Counted from the stretch's first letter, positions 47,675-57,576 are shown. The stretch is DNA of 64,000 nt from an uncultured Enterobacterales bacterium (GCA_964604675.1 CAZSAT010000001.1:29110-93109); one strand, 5' to 3'. The notes: generated from the letters alone by a model not told the origin. Made by a program: numbers and translations.

Positions 47675-49180
47675 GTGATCCACCCCGAGCCCCAGGCCGA
47701 CGGCTTCCAGGCGGTGCCCCGTGGAGGCCGCCTGCTCAGGGCCGACGCGGTGGTGGTGGGCTCCGGTCCGGGCGGCACCGCCTGCGCCCGGGCGATGGCC
47801 CTCGCCGGCATGTCGGTGGTCGTGATCGAGGAGGGGCCGCAGAAGAGCCGCTTCGCGCCCAACCAGGCCACCACCGCCCGCTACCACATGCAGGAAGCCG
47901 GCGGCATCGTGGCGCAGGGGCGGGCGCTCGTGCCCATCGCTGCGGGACGCGGAGTCGGCGGCGGCTCGCTCATCAACTCCGCGATCTGCTTCCGCACCCC
48001 CGAGCCGGTGCTCGACGCATGGTGCGAGCAACTGGGCGACGACCGGTACCGCCCCGCCGCCCTCGCACCGGTCTTCGAGCTGCTGGAGGCAAAGCTCGGG
48101 ATCGGCCCGGTGCGCGAAGCCGTGGCGGGGAGGAACAACGAGCTCATCGTCCAGGGCGCGAAGGCCCTGGGCCTTCCAGGCGGCCTGCTCCGCCGCAACA
48201 CCCCCCACTGCGCGGGCTGCGGGCTCTGCAACTTCGGCTGTCCGGTGAGCGGGAAGGCCACGGTGAACCTCGCCCTGATGCCCGAGGCCGTGAACGCCGG
48301 GGCGGTGATCCAGGCCGACACCCGCATCACCGAGGTGCTGGTCGAGGGCGACCGGGCCGTGGGGGTCCGCGGCCTCGCTCGCCACCCGGACACCGGAGAG
48401 GTCGGGGGACGCGTGGAGGTGCGCGCCGAGACCGTGGTGCTCAGCTGCGGCGCGATCGGCACGCCGCGCCTGCTGCACACCACCGGCCTCGCCGACCGGC
48501 TGGGCCCCGTGGGCGAAGGGTTGCACCTGCATCCCGGCAACGCGGTGCTCGGCATCTGCGACGAGCGCATCGAGCTCTGGAAGGGCGCCACCCAAGGGGC
48601 CTACTTCGAAGACCCCGCGCTCCCGGGCGTGCTCCCCCACGCGTTCACGGCGCCGCCGGAGGCGACCGCCATCACGGTGCTGCCGCTCGTGGGCGACATG
48701 AAGGAGGCCTTCGCCCTGTTGCCCCGGCTCTGCGGGGCGGTGGTGATGATCAGCGACAAGGGCGAGGGCCGCGTGGGGGCCTTCGGCGACGGGCGCGCCA
48801 AGGTCACCTACAGCTTCGACGACCACGACGTGGAGCGCATCAAGCAGGGCATGGTGACCACCGCGCGCGTGCTGCTGGAGGGTGGCGCGAAGCAGGTGTT
48901 CGGGGTGGTGCACGGCACCCCCTTCTGCGACTCCGCCGAGGCCATGGCTCAGGCCTTGGACGACCGCGTGATCCGCGACTTCACGCTCTACAGCAGCCAC
49001 CCGATGTCCACCTGTCGGATGGGCCAGGTGGTGCACCCCGACGGCCAGACGCTCGAGCTCGAGGGGCTCTACATCGCCGACGCGGGGATCTTTCCGACCT
49101 CCCTCGGAGTGAACCCCCAGCTCACCACCATGGCGCTCGGCACCGTGATCGGACAGGGCATCGCGGACGCGCGGGCCTGA
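47675..49180 (+). CDS. GMC-family FAD-dependent oxidoreductase
   Basis: ADAVVVGSGPGGTACARAMALAGMSVVVIEEG. C-terminal HPMSTCRMG and LYIADAGIFPTSLGVNPQLT. The GTG start lies 1 nt after the upstream stop. Confidence 0.92.
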   Translation: MIHPEPQADGFQAVPRGGRLLRADAVVVGSGPGGTACARAMALAGMSVVVIEEGPQKSRFAPNQATTARYHMQEAGGIVAQGRALVPIAAGRGVGGGSLINSAICFRTPEPVLDAWCEQLGDDRYRPAALAPVFELLEAKLGIGPVREAVAGRNNELIVQGAKALGLPGGLLRRNTPHCAGCGLCNFGCPVSGKATVNLALMPEAVNAGAVIQADTRITEVLVEGDRAVGVRGLARHPDTGEVGGRVEVRAETVVLSCGAIGTPRLLHTTGLADRLGPVGEGLHLHPGNAVLGICDERIELWKGATQGAYFEDPALPGVLPHAFTAPPEATAITVLPLVGDMKEAFALLPRLCGAVVMISDKGEGRVGAFGDGRAKVTYSFDDHDVERIKQGMVTTARVLLEGGAKQVFGVVHGTPFCDSAEAMAQALDDRVIRDFTLYSSHPMSTCRMGQVVHPDGQTLELEGLYIADAGIFPTSLGVNPQLTTMALGTVIGQGIADARA

Positions 49181-49196
49181 CGGGGTAGGCTCGCCC

Positions 49197-50600
49197 ATGC
49201 TCTGGCTGTTGGCCTGCGCGCCCTCCGAGCCCCCCCCGGAGCGCGCCAGGGTGGCCGAGGCGGCCGGTCTCGGCCTGCTCGCGCGCGCCCCCCTCTCGCC
49301 CATCGAAGGCGACGCGCTGCCGTACGAGGGCTACCAGGTGCGGCCCGTCAGCCTTCAGATCTACGCGGACTTCCGGGTGTCGGGGGCCCTCTGGCTGCCC
49401 GACGCCCCCAACGGCCGAGCGGTGCTCGTCGCGCACGGCCACTTCGGGGAGGGCAAGTCGAGCGGCGAGAGCCAGGGGCCGGCGCACGCCTTCGCTGCCG
49501 CCGGCTACACCGTGCTCGCGCTCGACACGCCGGGTGTGGAGGAGGGGGACCTCCCGGGGCGCCGCATCCACTTCGAGGCCGGCGCCCACGGCCGGGCCTT
49601 GCTGGCCTCGGCCGGTACCTCGGCGATGGCGGTGCAGCTGGAGACCCTGCAGGCGGGCCTCGATCTGCTCGAGGCCCGCGGGCACGAGCAGATCGTGGTC
49701 ACCGGCGCGTCGGGGGGTTCGGTGCAGGCGCTCTACCTGCTCTTCGTCGACCCGCGGCCCGCCGGCGCGGTGCTGGCCAGCTTCGTCCCGATGCCGCGGG
49801 AGGCCCGCGCCGCCGGCTGCCCGTGCGATGTGCTGCCCGGCTGGCCAGGGCCGGACCCCACGCTCCTTGCGGCGATCGACAAGCCCACGCTCTGGCTCTC
49901 CGAGCTGCCACAGGAGCGCCCGGAGGGGCTCCCCCGCTCCGCCGACTTCCAGGTGATCGAAGGTCCTCACGGCTACGAGCGCCCGATGATCGACGCCGCC
50001 GTGGCCTGGGTCGACGACCGGATCGGCGGCGCCGGGAAGGTGCCGACCCAGCTGCCCCACACGCCCTCCACCGCGCTGGCCTCGGCCGACGTCGGGACCG
50101 CCACCTTCGCCGACCTGCTCACCCGCAGCACGGCCAGCCCGTGGCTTCCGAGGCCGCGGACCGGTGGTGGCTGGACCGCGGAGTGCAGCGGAGAGGGCCG
50201 AACGGTGCTCACGCTCGGAGCCGAAGCGCACGACCTGGCCGCGCTGAGCGACTTCCGGGTCTGCCCCCTCACGATCGTGCCCGACGCGATCGGCGTGACC
50301 GAGGGGATCGCGCGCGGCCGGCCCTACGCCGACGTCCTGGCCGGCACCATCGCCGACGCCGCCAAGGCGCGGAAGGCCGATGGCGTCTACGCCGTGCGGG
50401 GCTGGGGGATTCCAGCGCGCGGCTCCGGCCTGCCCTTCGTGGTCCGAGATCCGCTGACCTTGGCCACCATCGAGGAGAGCGACCCCACCTGGATCCATGT
50501 CCCCGGGGCCTGGTGGTCCGGCGATCCGTCGGCGGGTGCGCTGGCCACCGGCCCCGACCCGGCCGCACTGGCGGGCGCCCTCGTGGGTCCTGCCCCGTGA
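49197..50600 (+). CDS. alpha/beta-hydrolase-like lipoprotein
   Basis: Leader MLWLLAC. Nucleophile elbow VVTGASGGS (GxSxG). AVLVAHGHFGEGKS. The C-terminal half (about 200 aa) is of unknown function. Confidence 0.72.
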   Translation: MLWLLACAPSEPPPERARVAEAAGLGLLARAPLSPIEGDALPYEGYQVRPVSLQIYADFRVSGALWLPDAPNGRAVLVAHGHFGEGKSSGESQGPAHAFAAAGYTVLALDTPGVEEGDLPGRRIHFEAGAHGRALLASAGTSAMAVQLETLQAGLDLLEARGHEQIVVTGASGGSVQALYLLFVDPRPAGAVLASFVPMPREARAAGCPCDVLPGWPGPDPTLLAAIDKPTLWLSELPQERPEGLPRSADFQVIEGPHGYERPMIDAAVAWVDDRIGGAGKVPTQLPHTPSTALASADVGTATFADLLTRSTASPWLPRPRTGGGWTAECSGEGRTVLTLGAEAHDLAALSDFRVCPLTIVPDAIGVTEGIARGRPYADVLAGTIADAAKARKADGVYAVRGWGIPARGSGLPFVVRDPLTLATIEESDPTWIHVPGAWWSGDPSAGALATGPDPAALAGALVGPAP

Positions 50601-50603
50601 GGG

Positions 50604-50723
50604 CTACTGGCGCTCCTTCACGCTCGCCTTCACACGCTCGTACTCCCGCGGGATCACCCGCCACCAGGCCACCAACACGGCGAACAACACGGCGAGCGCC
50701 ACGGCCTGCGCTTCGACGCTCAC
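50604..50723 (-). CDS. candidate 39-aa single-TM small protein
   Basis: The GTG at 50723 overlaps the stop of the upstream PLP-enzyme gene (GTGA at 50720-50723). Translation (M)SVEAQAVALAVLFAVLVAWWRVIPREYERVKASVKERQ. GC3 is high. Confidence 0.45.
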   Translation of the reverse strand: MSVEAQAVALAVLFAVLVAWWRVIPREYERVKASVKERQ

Positions 50724-51706
50724 GAAGCTCCTGCGAGGGGCCCCATCCGTCCGCAGCTCGCCAGGAAGACCGCCTGCGAGACCCGCCCCTCCGCCAGCCA
50801 GCGCTGGGTGCAGGCCAGCGCCTTGGCGGTGTACGTCGGCTCCACGGGAAAGGCCCACGTGGTGTCCATCACCGCGAGGCCCTCATCGGTCGCCACCCCG
50901 TAGCCACCCCCGTACGCGCTGTGGTCCACGACCAGGCGCTCGGGGCGGACCGCGACGTCGGCACCAGCGCTTCCCAACAAGCGCGCGGCCGCCCGAGCCA
51001 GCCACAGCACGACCGCGCGGCTGGACCACGGCCACTGGGCCACGCGGACCCCGACCACTCGGGTTCGCAGCCCAGCCAGGCCCAAGCCCACGAGCAGCCC
51101 TGCGGCGGTGCCGCCACTCCCCATGGCCACGAACACCGCCTCCGGCTCGGGCAGGGCACCCGAAGCCACCTGCAGCGCGAGCTCCAGCCCGGTGTCCACG
51201 TGCCCGAGGGTGCCCAGTGGCGTCGACCCGCCCGCCCACATCACCAACGGCGCCACGCCGTCCTCCGCGCGCGCCGAGCGCCAGGCCCGGCCGGCCGCCC
51301 ACGCTGCGCCCACCTCGCCGTCTGCGTCCCACACCCTGTGGCACAGCCGGTCGATCCGCGCCTTCTGCAGCAGCACGTGCTGGGTCTCGGGCTGCGGGAT
51401 GCGCACCGCGTGGGTCTTGATCCCGTGCCGCGCACCGTGCACGCCGCACGCCACGAGGTGGTGGCTGCCGGCCGCTCCGATGGTCAGGATCGAGCGCCCA
51501 CGGGCGGCGGGGAGCAGCCACTCCAGCTTCCGCACCTTGTTGCCGCCATAGCGCCCGCTCGCGAGATCCTCGCGCTTCACCCAGAGCCCGTCCGAGAGCG
51601 GTTCCACAGGGGTGGGGAAGTCGCCCAGCGGCACGAAGCTCGGCCGCAACGAAGGCACCCGATCCGGCAACGCACGCGACACCGCTGGAGGGTAGCCTGC
51701 CCCCAT
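50720..51706 (-). CDS. PLP-dependent enzyme of the D-cysteine desulfhydrase / ACC deaminase family
   Basis: TPVEPL, VKREDL, the GGNKVRKLEWLL PLP-lysine motif and GSGGTAAGL. I trimmed the ORF to the ATG at 51706. The start is uncertain. Confidence 0.82.
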   Translation of the reverse strand: MGAGYPPAVSRALPDRVPSLRPSFVPLGDFPTPVEPLSDGLWVKREDLASGRYGGNKVRKLEWLLPAARGRSILTIGAAGSHHLVACGVHGARHGIKTHAVRIPQPETQHVLLQKARIDRLCHRVWDADGEVGAAWAAGRAWRSARAEDGVAPLVMWAGGSTPLGTLGHVDTGLELALQVASGALPEPEAVFVAMGSGGTAAGLLVGLGLAGLRTRVVGVRVAQWPWSSRAVVLWLARAAARLLGSAGADVAVRPERLVVDHSAYGGGYGVATDEGLAVMDTTWAFPVEPTYTAKALACTQRWLAEGRVSQAVFLASCGRMGPLAGAS

Positions 51707-53060
51707 GAACTGTGGCCTGCCCGCCGTCCTCGCCGCCCTGTCCGGCCAACCCATCGAGGTGCACGAGCACGTCCTGACCCCGCCCCCGGAGCTCCGCGCG
51801 CCCACCCCAGCGCCACCGGCGGAGGGCAAGACCGTGTACGGCTCCAACTTCGAACACCACGTCGACGGCCAGAACTTCACCGTGCAGTGGTCCGGATCCG
51901 AGGGCGACGAAGCGAGCGCGCTGGCCGCTCTGAGCGCCCTGGAGATCGCATGGACCGAGCTGGTCGAGCTCGAGGGCTGGCCGCAGCCGGTCTCGAGCGA
52001 CACGTACTTCCTCTGGGTGCTGCTCGACCGAGGGCTCGCCGGCACCACCGGCTACACCACCGTCTACACCACGCCCGACTACCCGGACGGGTACCCGGTC
52101 ACCTACCTGAACCCCGACTACGCCTGGGACGACGCCTTCTGGACCAGCCTGGCGGCCCACGAGTTCGGCCACGCCCTGCAGTACCGGCTGCGGGCGGCCA
52201 GCACCGGAGGTGACGAAGAGAGCTGGTACTGGGAGGCGAGCGCCGAGTGGATGGCCGAGACGGCCGTGCCCACCGCCGATGCCTACGCCTACCAGAGCCT
52301 CTACTACTGCGACAACCCGGCGTACCGGTACAGCTCGATGACCGACCTCCACCAGTACGGCATGCTGGTGCTCAACGCGTGGCTCGAGGAGCACGGCCCG
52401 GGCCCGGGAAGCCTGCAGGACGTCTGGCGCCTCGGCGAGTCGCGGGTGGGCGAGACCTGGGAGGGGATCCTCGCCGACAGCACGGGGCTCGACGTCTCGA
52501 CCATCTGGGGCGGCTTCACCGGCCACCTCGCCAACGGCTCCCTGCGGGAGTCGGCGCTGTACTTCGAGCCGGACCAACGCGGCGAGCTGGAACAGGGGGC
52601 GAGCGGCAGCCTCGCGTACCTGGGGTCGGACTTCTGGATCGCCACCTCGGAGGTGGCGGTCTCCAGCAGCGACCGGGTGGCGCTCGGGGGACCCGATGGC
52701 TGGGCGGAGACCGTGACCGTGGCCCCGGGCGAGGTGCTCACCGTCACCGGCCTGGGGGACCCCGTGACCGACTACACCCTCGAGCTCGGGCCGCCCTCGC
52801 AACCCGACGACACCGCGGCCCCCGGGGACACGGACGGCCCACCGGCCGACACCGAGGCGCCTCGCGACACCGCGAGCGACCCGGGTGACGACGGTCGGCC
52901 CGGCAGCGACGCGACCGAGACCTGGCAGCTCTGTGGCTGCAACGGCGCAGCAACGGGGGCCTGGTGGCTGTTGGGCCTGGTGCCCCTCGCCCGACGACGA
53001 CGCCTCAGAGAGCCAGCACGCCTTCGATCGACTCCATCAAGGCCACCCGCTTCCGGGTGA
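51705..53060 (+). CDS. secreted HExxH zinc-metalloprotease-like protein with a MYXO-CTERM-like tail
   Basis: AAHEFGHALQY with a downstream EASAEWMAE. A D/P/T-rich linker, then TWQLCGCNGAATGAWWLLGLVPLARRRR. The ORF continues 18 codons past the Arg cluster and overlaps the pfkA 3' end. Confidence 0.78.
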   Translation: MNCGLPAVLAALSGQPIEVHEHVLTPPPELRAPTPAPPAEGKTVYGSNFEHHVDGQNFTVQWSGSEGDEASALAALSALEIAWTELVELEGWPQPVSSDTYFLWVLLDRGLAGTTGYTTVYTTPDYPDGYPVTYLNPDYAWDDAFWTSLAAHEFGHALQYRLRAASTGGDEESWYWEASAEWMAETAVPTADAYAYQSLYYCDNPAYRYSSMTDLHQYGMLVLNAWLEEHGPGPGSLQDVWRLGESRVGETWEGILADSTGLDVSTIWGGFTGHLANGSLRESALYFEPDQRGELEQGASGSLAYLGSDFWIATSEVAVSSSDRVALGGPDGWAETVTVAPGEVLTVTGLGDPVTDYTLELGPPSQPDDTAAPGDTDGPPADTEAPRDTASDPGDDGRPGSDATETWQLCGCNGAATGAWWLLGLVPLARRRRLREPARLRSTPSRPPASG

Positions 53061-54084
53061 CCGCGCTGGAGCCGTCCAGCAACGCCGCCGTCTGCTCCAA
53101 CACCGTGGACAGCTCGAACAGGGTGACCGCCGGATCCGCCGTGGCGTGACCACCGGGCACCGGGGCCTGCCACGCGGCCATGACGTCGCTGCGACCGGTG
53201 AGCGCGGCCTCGAGCGCACCGAGCGCCAGGCGCGCCGCCACCATCCGGTCCTGGAAGCTGGGGTGGCCGCCACGGACCACGTGCCCTAGCACCGTGCTGC
53301 GAACGGCCGCGTCCGGCAGGTCGGCCAGCCGCCGTTCGAGCAGCGCCACGAGCCGATGGCACGGCAGCTCCACGCCCTCGCTCTTGATGACGATCACCCG
53401 CTTCTTGTCACGACCCGGTGCCCAGGCTCGACGAACCACGTCCTCGACGCTGTCGACGAGCTCCCGATCGCTCCGCCCGGACTCCCGGAAGAGCACCCCC
53501 TCGGCCGCCAGGGCCACGCCCGACGCCATGGCGAGGTAGCCGCAGTGCCGCCCCATGACCTCGACCACGAAGCACCGCCGGTGGGAGCGGGCGGTGTCGG
53601 CCAGCCGGTCACAGGCCTCGACGATCGTGTTGAGCGCAGTGTCCACCCCGACCGCGGTGGCCGTGCAGCCGATGTCGTTGTCGATCGACGCCGGCACCCC
53701 CACGATGGGCACCTCGGTCTCCTGCGTGAGCAGGTGCGCCCCGGTCAAGGAGCCGTTGCCACCGATCACGATGAGCGCGTCGATGCCGGCGAGCTGCCGC
53801 GCGGCCTGCCGTCGACCGTCCAGGCCGCGGAAGCGGGCGGAGCGGGCCGAGCCGAGCAGGGTGCCGCCGGTGCAGCCCTCGACCTCGACCGCGTGGATCG
53901 GTGCCAGCTCGCCGCCCACGTCCCGTGTGAGGTCTCGGAAACGCCCGTCGATCAGTCCTTCGTAGCCCTCGAGCACACCGAGGACCTCCACACCCCGCCC
54001 CGCGGCGACCTTTACGATGGCCCTCAGAGCGGCGTTCATGCCCGGCGCGTCACCGCCGGATGTGAGAACTGCGAGACGAGGCAT
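53005..54084 (-). CDS. pfkA: ATP-dependent 6-phosphofructokinase
   Basis: LAVLTSGGDAPGMNAALRAIV, IVIGGNGSLTGA, GVPASIDNDI and VEVMGRHCGYLA. I trimmed the ORF to the ATG at 54084. Confidence 0.93.
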   Translation of the reverse strand: MPRLAVLTSGGDAPGMNAALRAIVKVAAGRGVEVLGVLEGYEGLIDGRFRDLTRDVGGELAPIHAVEVEGCTGGTLLGSARSARFRGLDGRRQAARQLAGIDALIVIGGNGSLTGAHLLTQETEVPIVGVPASIDNDIGCTATAVGVDTALNTIVEACDRLADTARSHRRCFVVEVMGRHCGYLAMASGVALAAEGVLFRESGRSDRELVDSVEDVVRRAWAPGRDKKRVIVIKSEGVELPCHRLVALLERRLADLPDAAVRSTVLGHVVRGGHPSFQDRMVAARLALGALEAALTGRSDVMAAWQAPVPGGHATADPAVTLFELSTVLEQTAALLDGSSAVTRKRVALMESIEGVLAL

Positions 54085-54150
54085 GCTCCGGTTGTAGCAA
54101 ACCCGAGCCGTCACCGGGTATACGGCGGACCTCGGGAGAGGCAAAGGAAC

Positions 54151-54693
54151 ATGCTGCAGGTTGGTGAGGACGCTCCGCGGTTCTCCGTTCAGCCGGTCTT
54201 CGGGCTCCAGGTGGAGCTCCACGAACAGACCCGGCGCTATCCATTGGTGCTCTGCTTCCTGCCGCACACGGGCTCTCCTTGGTGTCGGGAAGCGATGTTC
54301 AAGCTCCAGGAGGCGTACGCCAGCTTCGACCTGCACGGCGCCCAGGTGCTGGTCATCACCCCCGCGAGCATGGACGTCGCCAACGACTACGTGCCCCGCT
54401 ACCACATCCTCTTCCCGGTGGTCTGCGACCCCCAGTTCGAGCTCTTCTCGCTCTACAGCGTGCCCAAGGGTGGCGCGGCCGGTGCCCTGAAGTCGCTGCG
54501 CCCGGATCGGCTCGTGAAGAACCTGCGCGCCCTGAAGCGCGGACTCGGCCCCGTCGAGGGCGTCGAGACCCAGCTCCCGGCCTTCTTCGTGATCGCCCCG
54601 GGTGGCAAGCTGGTCTACGCGCGCTACGGCGGCGCGATCAGCGACCAGCCCGACGTCGACGCCCTGCTCGAGGCGGCCCGCGGATGCTGCTGA
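54151..54693 (+). CDS. AhpC/TSA-family peroxiredoxin-like thioredoxin-fold protein
   Basis: GEDAPRFSVQPVFG, PLVLCFLPHTGSPWCREAMFKL (Cys in the peroxidatic position) and PAFFVIAPGGKLVY. Confidence 0.78.
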   Translation: MLQVGEDAPRFSVQPVFGLQVELHEQTRRYPLVLCFLPHTGSPWCREAMFKLQEAYASFDLHGAQVLVITPASMDVANDYVPRYHILFPVVCDPQFELFSLYSVPKGGAAGALKSLRPDRLVKNLRALKRGLGPVEGVETQLPAFFVIAPGGKLVYARYGGAISDQPDVDALLEAARGCC

Positions 54694-55802
54694 GCCTGCT
54701 GGCCGCGTGTTCCACCTCCTACAGCGCGTCGGCGCTGCCGACCTGGGTGAACGTGGCTGTGCGCTTCGACGACGGGAGCCACGGCTCGGTCACCGTCAGC
54801 TTCGACAACCCGCGCCGCCCCCCCGAGATCCGCTACCAGAATGGCCTGTGGACCTTCGACGGCGCGGACTTCCTGCGCATCGACACCCGCGTGCGTCAGC
54901 ACGAAGGCGAGGTCCTGCACGACCTGTCGGTCACCGACCTGATGACCGACGAGCGCTACGTCGTCGACACCGAATCCGCCGGTGACCACTGGGACATCGC
55001 GGCGGTTCGCGACGGGGCTGTGGCGCTGGACGGCGACCGTGGCGTGTTCTGGATCGACGCGCGCACCGGCGACGAAGTCGAACCGGGAGAGGTCGCTCAC
55101 GAGCTCGTGCACTTCGGACCCGGACGTGGCTTCACCATCGAGCTCGAAGACGGCACCGCCAACCTCAAGCTCCCCTTGCGAGAGGACGAAGGCCTGCCGC
55201 TCTTCCAGGACGTGGCACAGATCGTCTCCGTCAGCTGGCTCTACGACAACGAGGTCGACGACGCCGAGCGCGCCGCGCTCGGCAGCGTCTTCAAGGCCGT
55301 CAGCCCGATCTGGGCCCGCAACCAACCGGCCGCGGTGGATGGTCGGCTCACCGAGTGGCGCCACGACCGGGCCCTGGCCGTGGACAGCGACAGCCACGTC
55401 CAGGACGGGCTCGAGGACTGGGCCGGCGCCCGCGACGGCAGCTTCGGCGTGGCTGCAAGGGTCGACGACGGCCGGCTGAAGCTCGCCATCAGGGTGCGGG
55501 ACGACCAGCTCCTCTACGGGGAAGACCAGCTGGTGATCCAGGTCGGGGCGAATGCCTACCACGTCGACATCGCCTCGGCGGGCCCGATCCGCGGACTCAT
55601 CGGCGCCAAGGGCGTCTTCACCGACACCGTGGACTTCGGCACCGGGCTGGAGCTCTCCTTGCCACTGCCTCCGCCGCCCACCGAGAAGGCGGCCCTGCCG
55701 CTGGTGGTCAGCTACATCGACGCCGACCCGGACCAGGCGGTCGCCACGGTGCTGTCGAACGCGCCGAGCATGCGCGCGCTGGCGATCCGGCGGGAGATGT
55801 AG
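54684..55802 (+). CDS. lipoprotein with a C-terminal CBM9/DOMON-like domain
   Basis: Leader MLLSLLAAC. The C-terminal VDGRLTEWRHDRALAV...DGSFGVAARVDDGRLKLAIRVRDDQLLYGEDQLVIQVG resembles CBM9-like domains. It overlaps the upstream gene by 10 nt. Confidence 0.68.
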   Translation: MLLSLLAACSTSYSASALPTWVNVAVRFDDGSHGSVTVSFDNPRRPPEIRYQNGLWTFDGADFLRIDTRVRQHEGEVLHDLSVTDLMTDERYVVDTESAGDHWDIAAVRDGAVALDGDRGVFWIDARTGDEVEPGEVAHELVHFGPGRGFTIELEDGTANLKLPLREDEGLPLFQDVAQIVSVSWLYDNEVDDAERAALGSVFKAVSPIWARNQPAAVDGRLTEWRHDRALAVDSDSHVQDGLEDWAGARDGSFGVAARVDDGRLKLAIRVRDDQLLYGEDQLVIQVGANAYHVDIASAGPIRGLIGAKGVFTDTVDFGTGLELSLPLPPPPTEKAALPLVVSYIDADPDQAVATVLSNAPSMRALAIRREM

Positions 55803-55804
55803 CC

Positions 55805-56275
55805 TCAGCGCACCCAGGTGCCGCTGCGACCGCCTCGCTTCTCCAGCAGCTGCACGGGACCGATCACGGGCCCCTTGTCGATGGCCTTGACCATGTCGTA
55901 GACCGTCAACAGCGCGGCACTCACGGCCGTCAGGGCTTCCATCTCCACCCCGGTGCGCCAGGTGCAGCGCACGCGAGCCACCACCCGCACCCGGTTCGGG
56001 GCTTCGGCGGTGACGTCCACCTTCACACCGGTCAACGGCAAGGGGTGGCACAAGGGGACGAGGTCCGCCGTGCGCTTGGCGGCGGCGATCCCCGCCACCT
56101 GGGCGATCGCGAGCACGTCGCCCTTCTTGACCCGGCCCGACGTGATGGCCACGAAGGCAGGCTCGGACAGGCGGATCAGGCCTTCCGCGATCGCCTCGCG
56201 GTCCGTGACATCCTTGTCGCCGACCTCGACCATGCGGGCGTTGCCCTCGGCGTCGATGTGCGTGAGCTCCGACAT
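55805..56275 (-). CDS. moaC: cyclic pyranopterin monophosphate synthase MoaC
   Basis: [47 protein letters not shown] and [23 protein letters not shown]. Confidence 0.93.
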   Translation of the reverse strand: MSELTHIDAEGNARMVEVGDKDVTDREAIAEGLIRLSEPAFVAITSGRVKKGDVLAIAQVAGIAAAKRTADLVPLCHPLPLTGVKVDVTAEAPNRVRVVARVRCTWRTGVEMEALTAVSAALLTVYDMVKAIDKGPVIGPVQLLEKRGGRSGTWVR

Positions 56276-56313
56276 GCAGAGACACTATCCGACCCCGGGT
56301 TAGCTTGGCCCCG

Positions 56314-57573
56314 ATGTCCTTCCTGCTCGGCAAGATCCCCCGCTTCTCCCCGTCGTTCTCGTTCCGCGAAGCCACCACGGCGGCCCGGTACCTGGCCCGC
56401 AGCGGCCCGGAAGGCGAGGTCGTGCACACCTTCGAGCGCGAGTTCGCAGCCTTCATCGGCGCGCAGCACGCGGTCATGGTCCCGAGCGCCCGCTACGGCT
56501 TCTGGCTCCTGCTCGAGGGCTGGGGCATCGACAAGGACGACGAGGTCATCATCCCGGCGCTGACCTACTTCGCGATCCCGTCGATGGCGAAGCTCCGGCG
56601 CTGCAAGCCGGTCTTCGCCGACGTCGGGCGCACCACCCACGTGCTCGACCCCGCGGCCTTCGAAGCCGCCATCACCGAGCGCACCAAGGCGGTCGTGCCC
56701 ACGCACCTCTTCGGCACGCCGTGCGACATGGACGCCATCCGCAGCATCGCCCAGAAGCACGGCGTGAAGGTCATCGAGGACTGCGCCCAGTCCACCGGCG
56801 CCCGCTACAAGGGCGCGCGCGTGGGCAGCCTCGGCGACGCCGCCTACTACACCTTCGGCCTCACCAAGAACATCACCACGCTCTCCGGCGCGATGATCAC
56901 CACGGACGACGCCGAGCTCGCGCAGGCCATCCGGACCAAGGTCGAGGCCGGCCAGTTCGTCGACAAGTCCGGCCCCGCGAAGGAAGCGGTGGTGGGCCTG
57001 GCCATGTACCTGGCCACCCACCCCTCGATCTACCCCTTCACCACCCACCAGGCGATCGTGCTGGGCAACCTGCTCGGCAAGGACCCCATCCACGAGCGCT
57101 TCGGGGAACCGGAGCGGCAGTACGTCGAGCTGCCCAGCTACTACGAAGACAGCCGACCGCGCGCCGCCCAGGCCGCGGTGGGCCGCGTGCAGCTCGAGCG
57201 CATCGAGGAGCTCAACGGCAACCGCGCCCGCAACGGACGCTACCTCGACGAGAACCTGGCCAACGTGCCCGGCCTCACGGTGCCCAGCTACCCGGCCGGC
57301 GCCGAGCCGATCTACATGAGCTTCGTGGTGCACCACGCCGATCGCCAGGGGCTGATGCGCGAGCTGCGGGCCCGCGGGGTCGACACCACGGTGGGCTACA
57401 TGTCCAACAACGCCGATGCACACGGCATCTTCGGCCTGGACTACGCCAAGGTCCCGCACGCCGAGGAAGCCGCGCGCGACCTGCTCCACATCCCGGTCCA
57501 TCCGAACCTGACGCAGGCGGACCTCGATCACATCTGTGAAGCTGTGCGTCAAGCCTGTCTCGCCCTGGAGTGA
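56314..57573 (+). CDS. DegT/DnrJ/EryC1/StrS-family PLP-dependent aminotransferase
   Basis: FEREFAAFIGAQHAVMVPSARYG, VIIPALTYFA, VPTHLFGTPCDMD, EDCAQSTGA and FGLTKNITT (PLP Lys). I preferred the ATG at 56314 to the track TTG at 56305. Confidence 0.9.
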   Translation: MSFLLGKIPRFSPSFSFREATTAARYLARSGPEGEVVHTFEREFAAFIGAQHAVMVPSARYGFWLLLEGWGIDKDDEVIIPALTYFAIPSMAKLRRCKPVFADVGRTTHVLDPAAFEAAITERTKAVVPTHLFGTPCDMDAIRSIAQKHGVKVIEDCAQSTGARYKGARVGSLGDAAYYTFGLTKNITTLSGAMITTDDAELAQAIRTKVEAGQFVDKSGPAKEAVVGLAMYLATHPSIYPFTTHQAIVLGNLLGKDPIHERFGEPERQYVELPSYYEDSRPRAAQAAVGRVQLERIEELNGNRARNGRYLDENLANVPGLTVPSYPAGAEPIYMSFVVHHADRQGLMRELRARGVDTTVGYMSNNADAHGIFGLDYAKVPHAEEAARDLLHIPVHPNLTQADLDHICEAVRQACLALE

Positions 57574-57576
57574 ACC

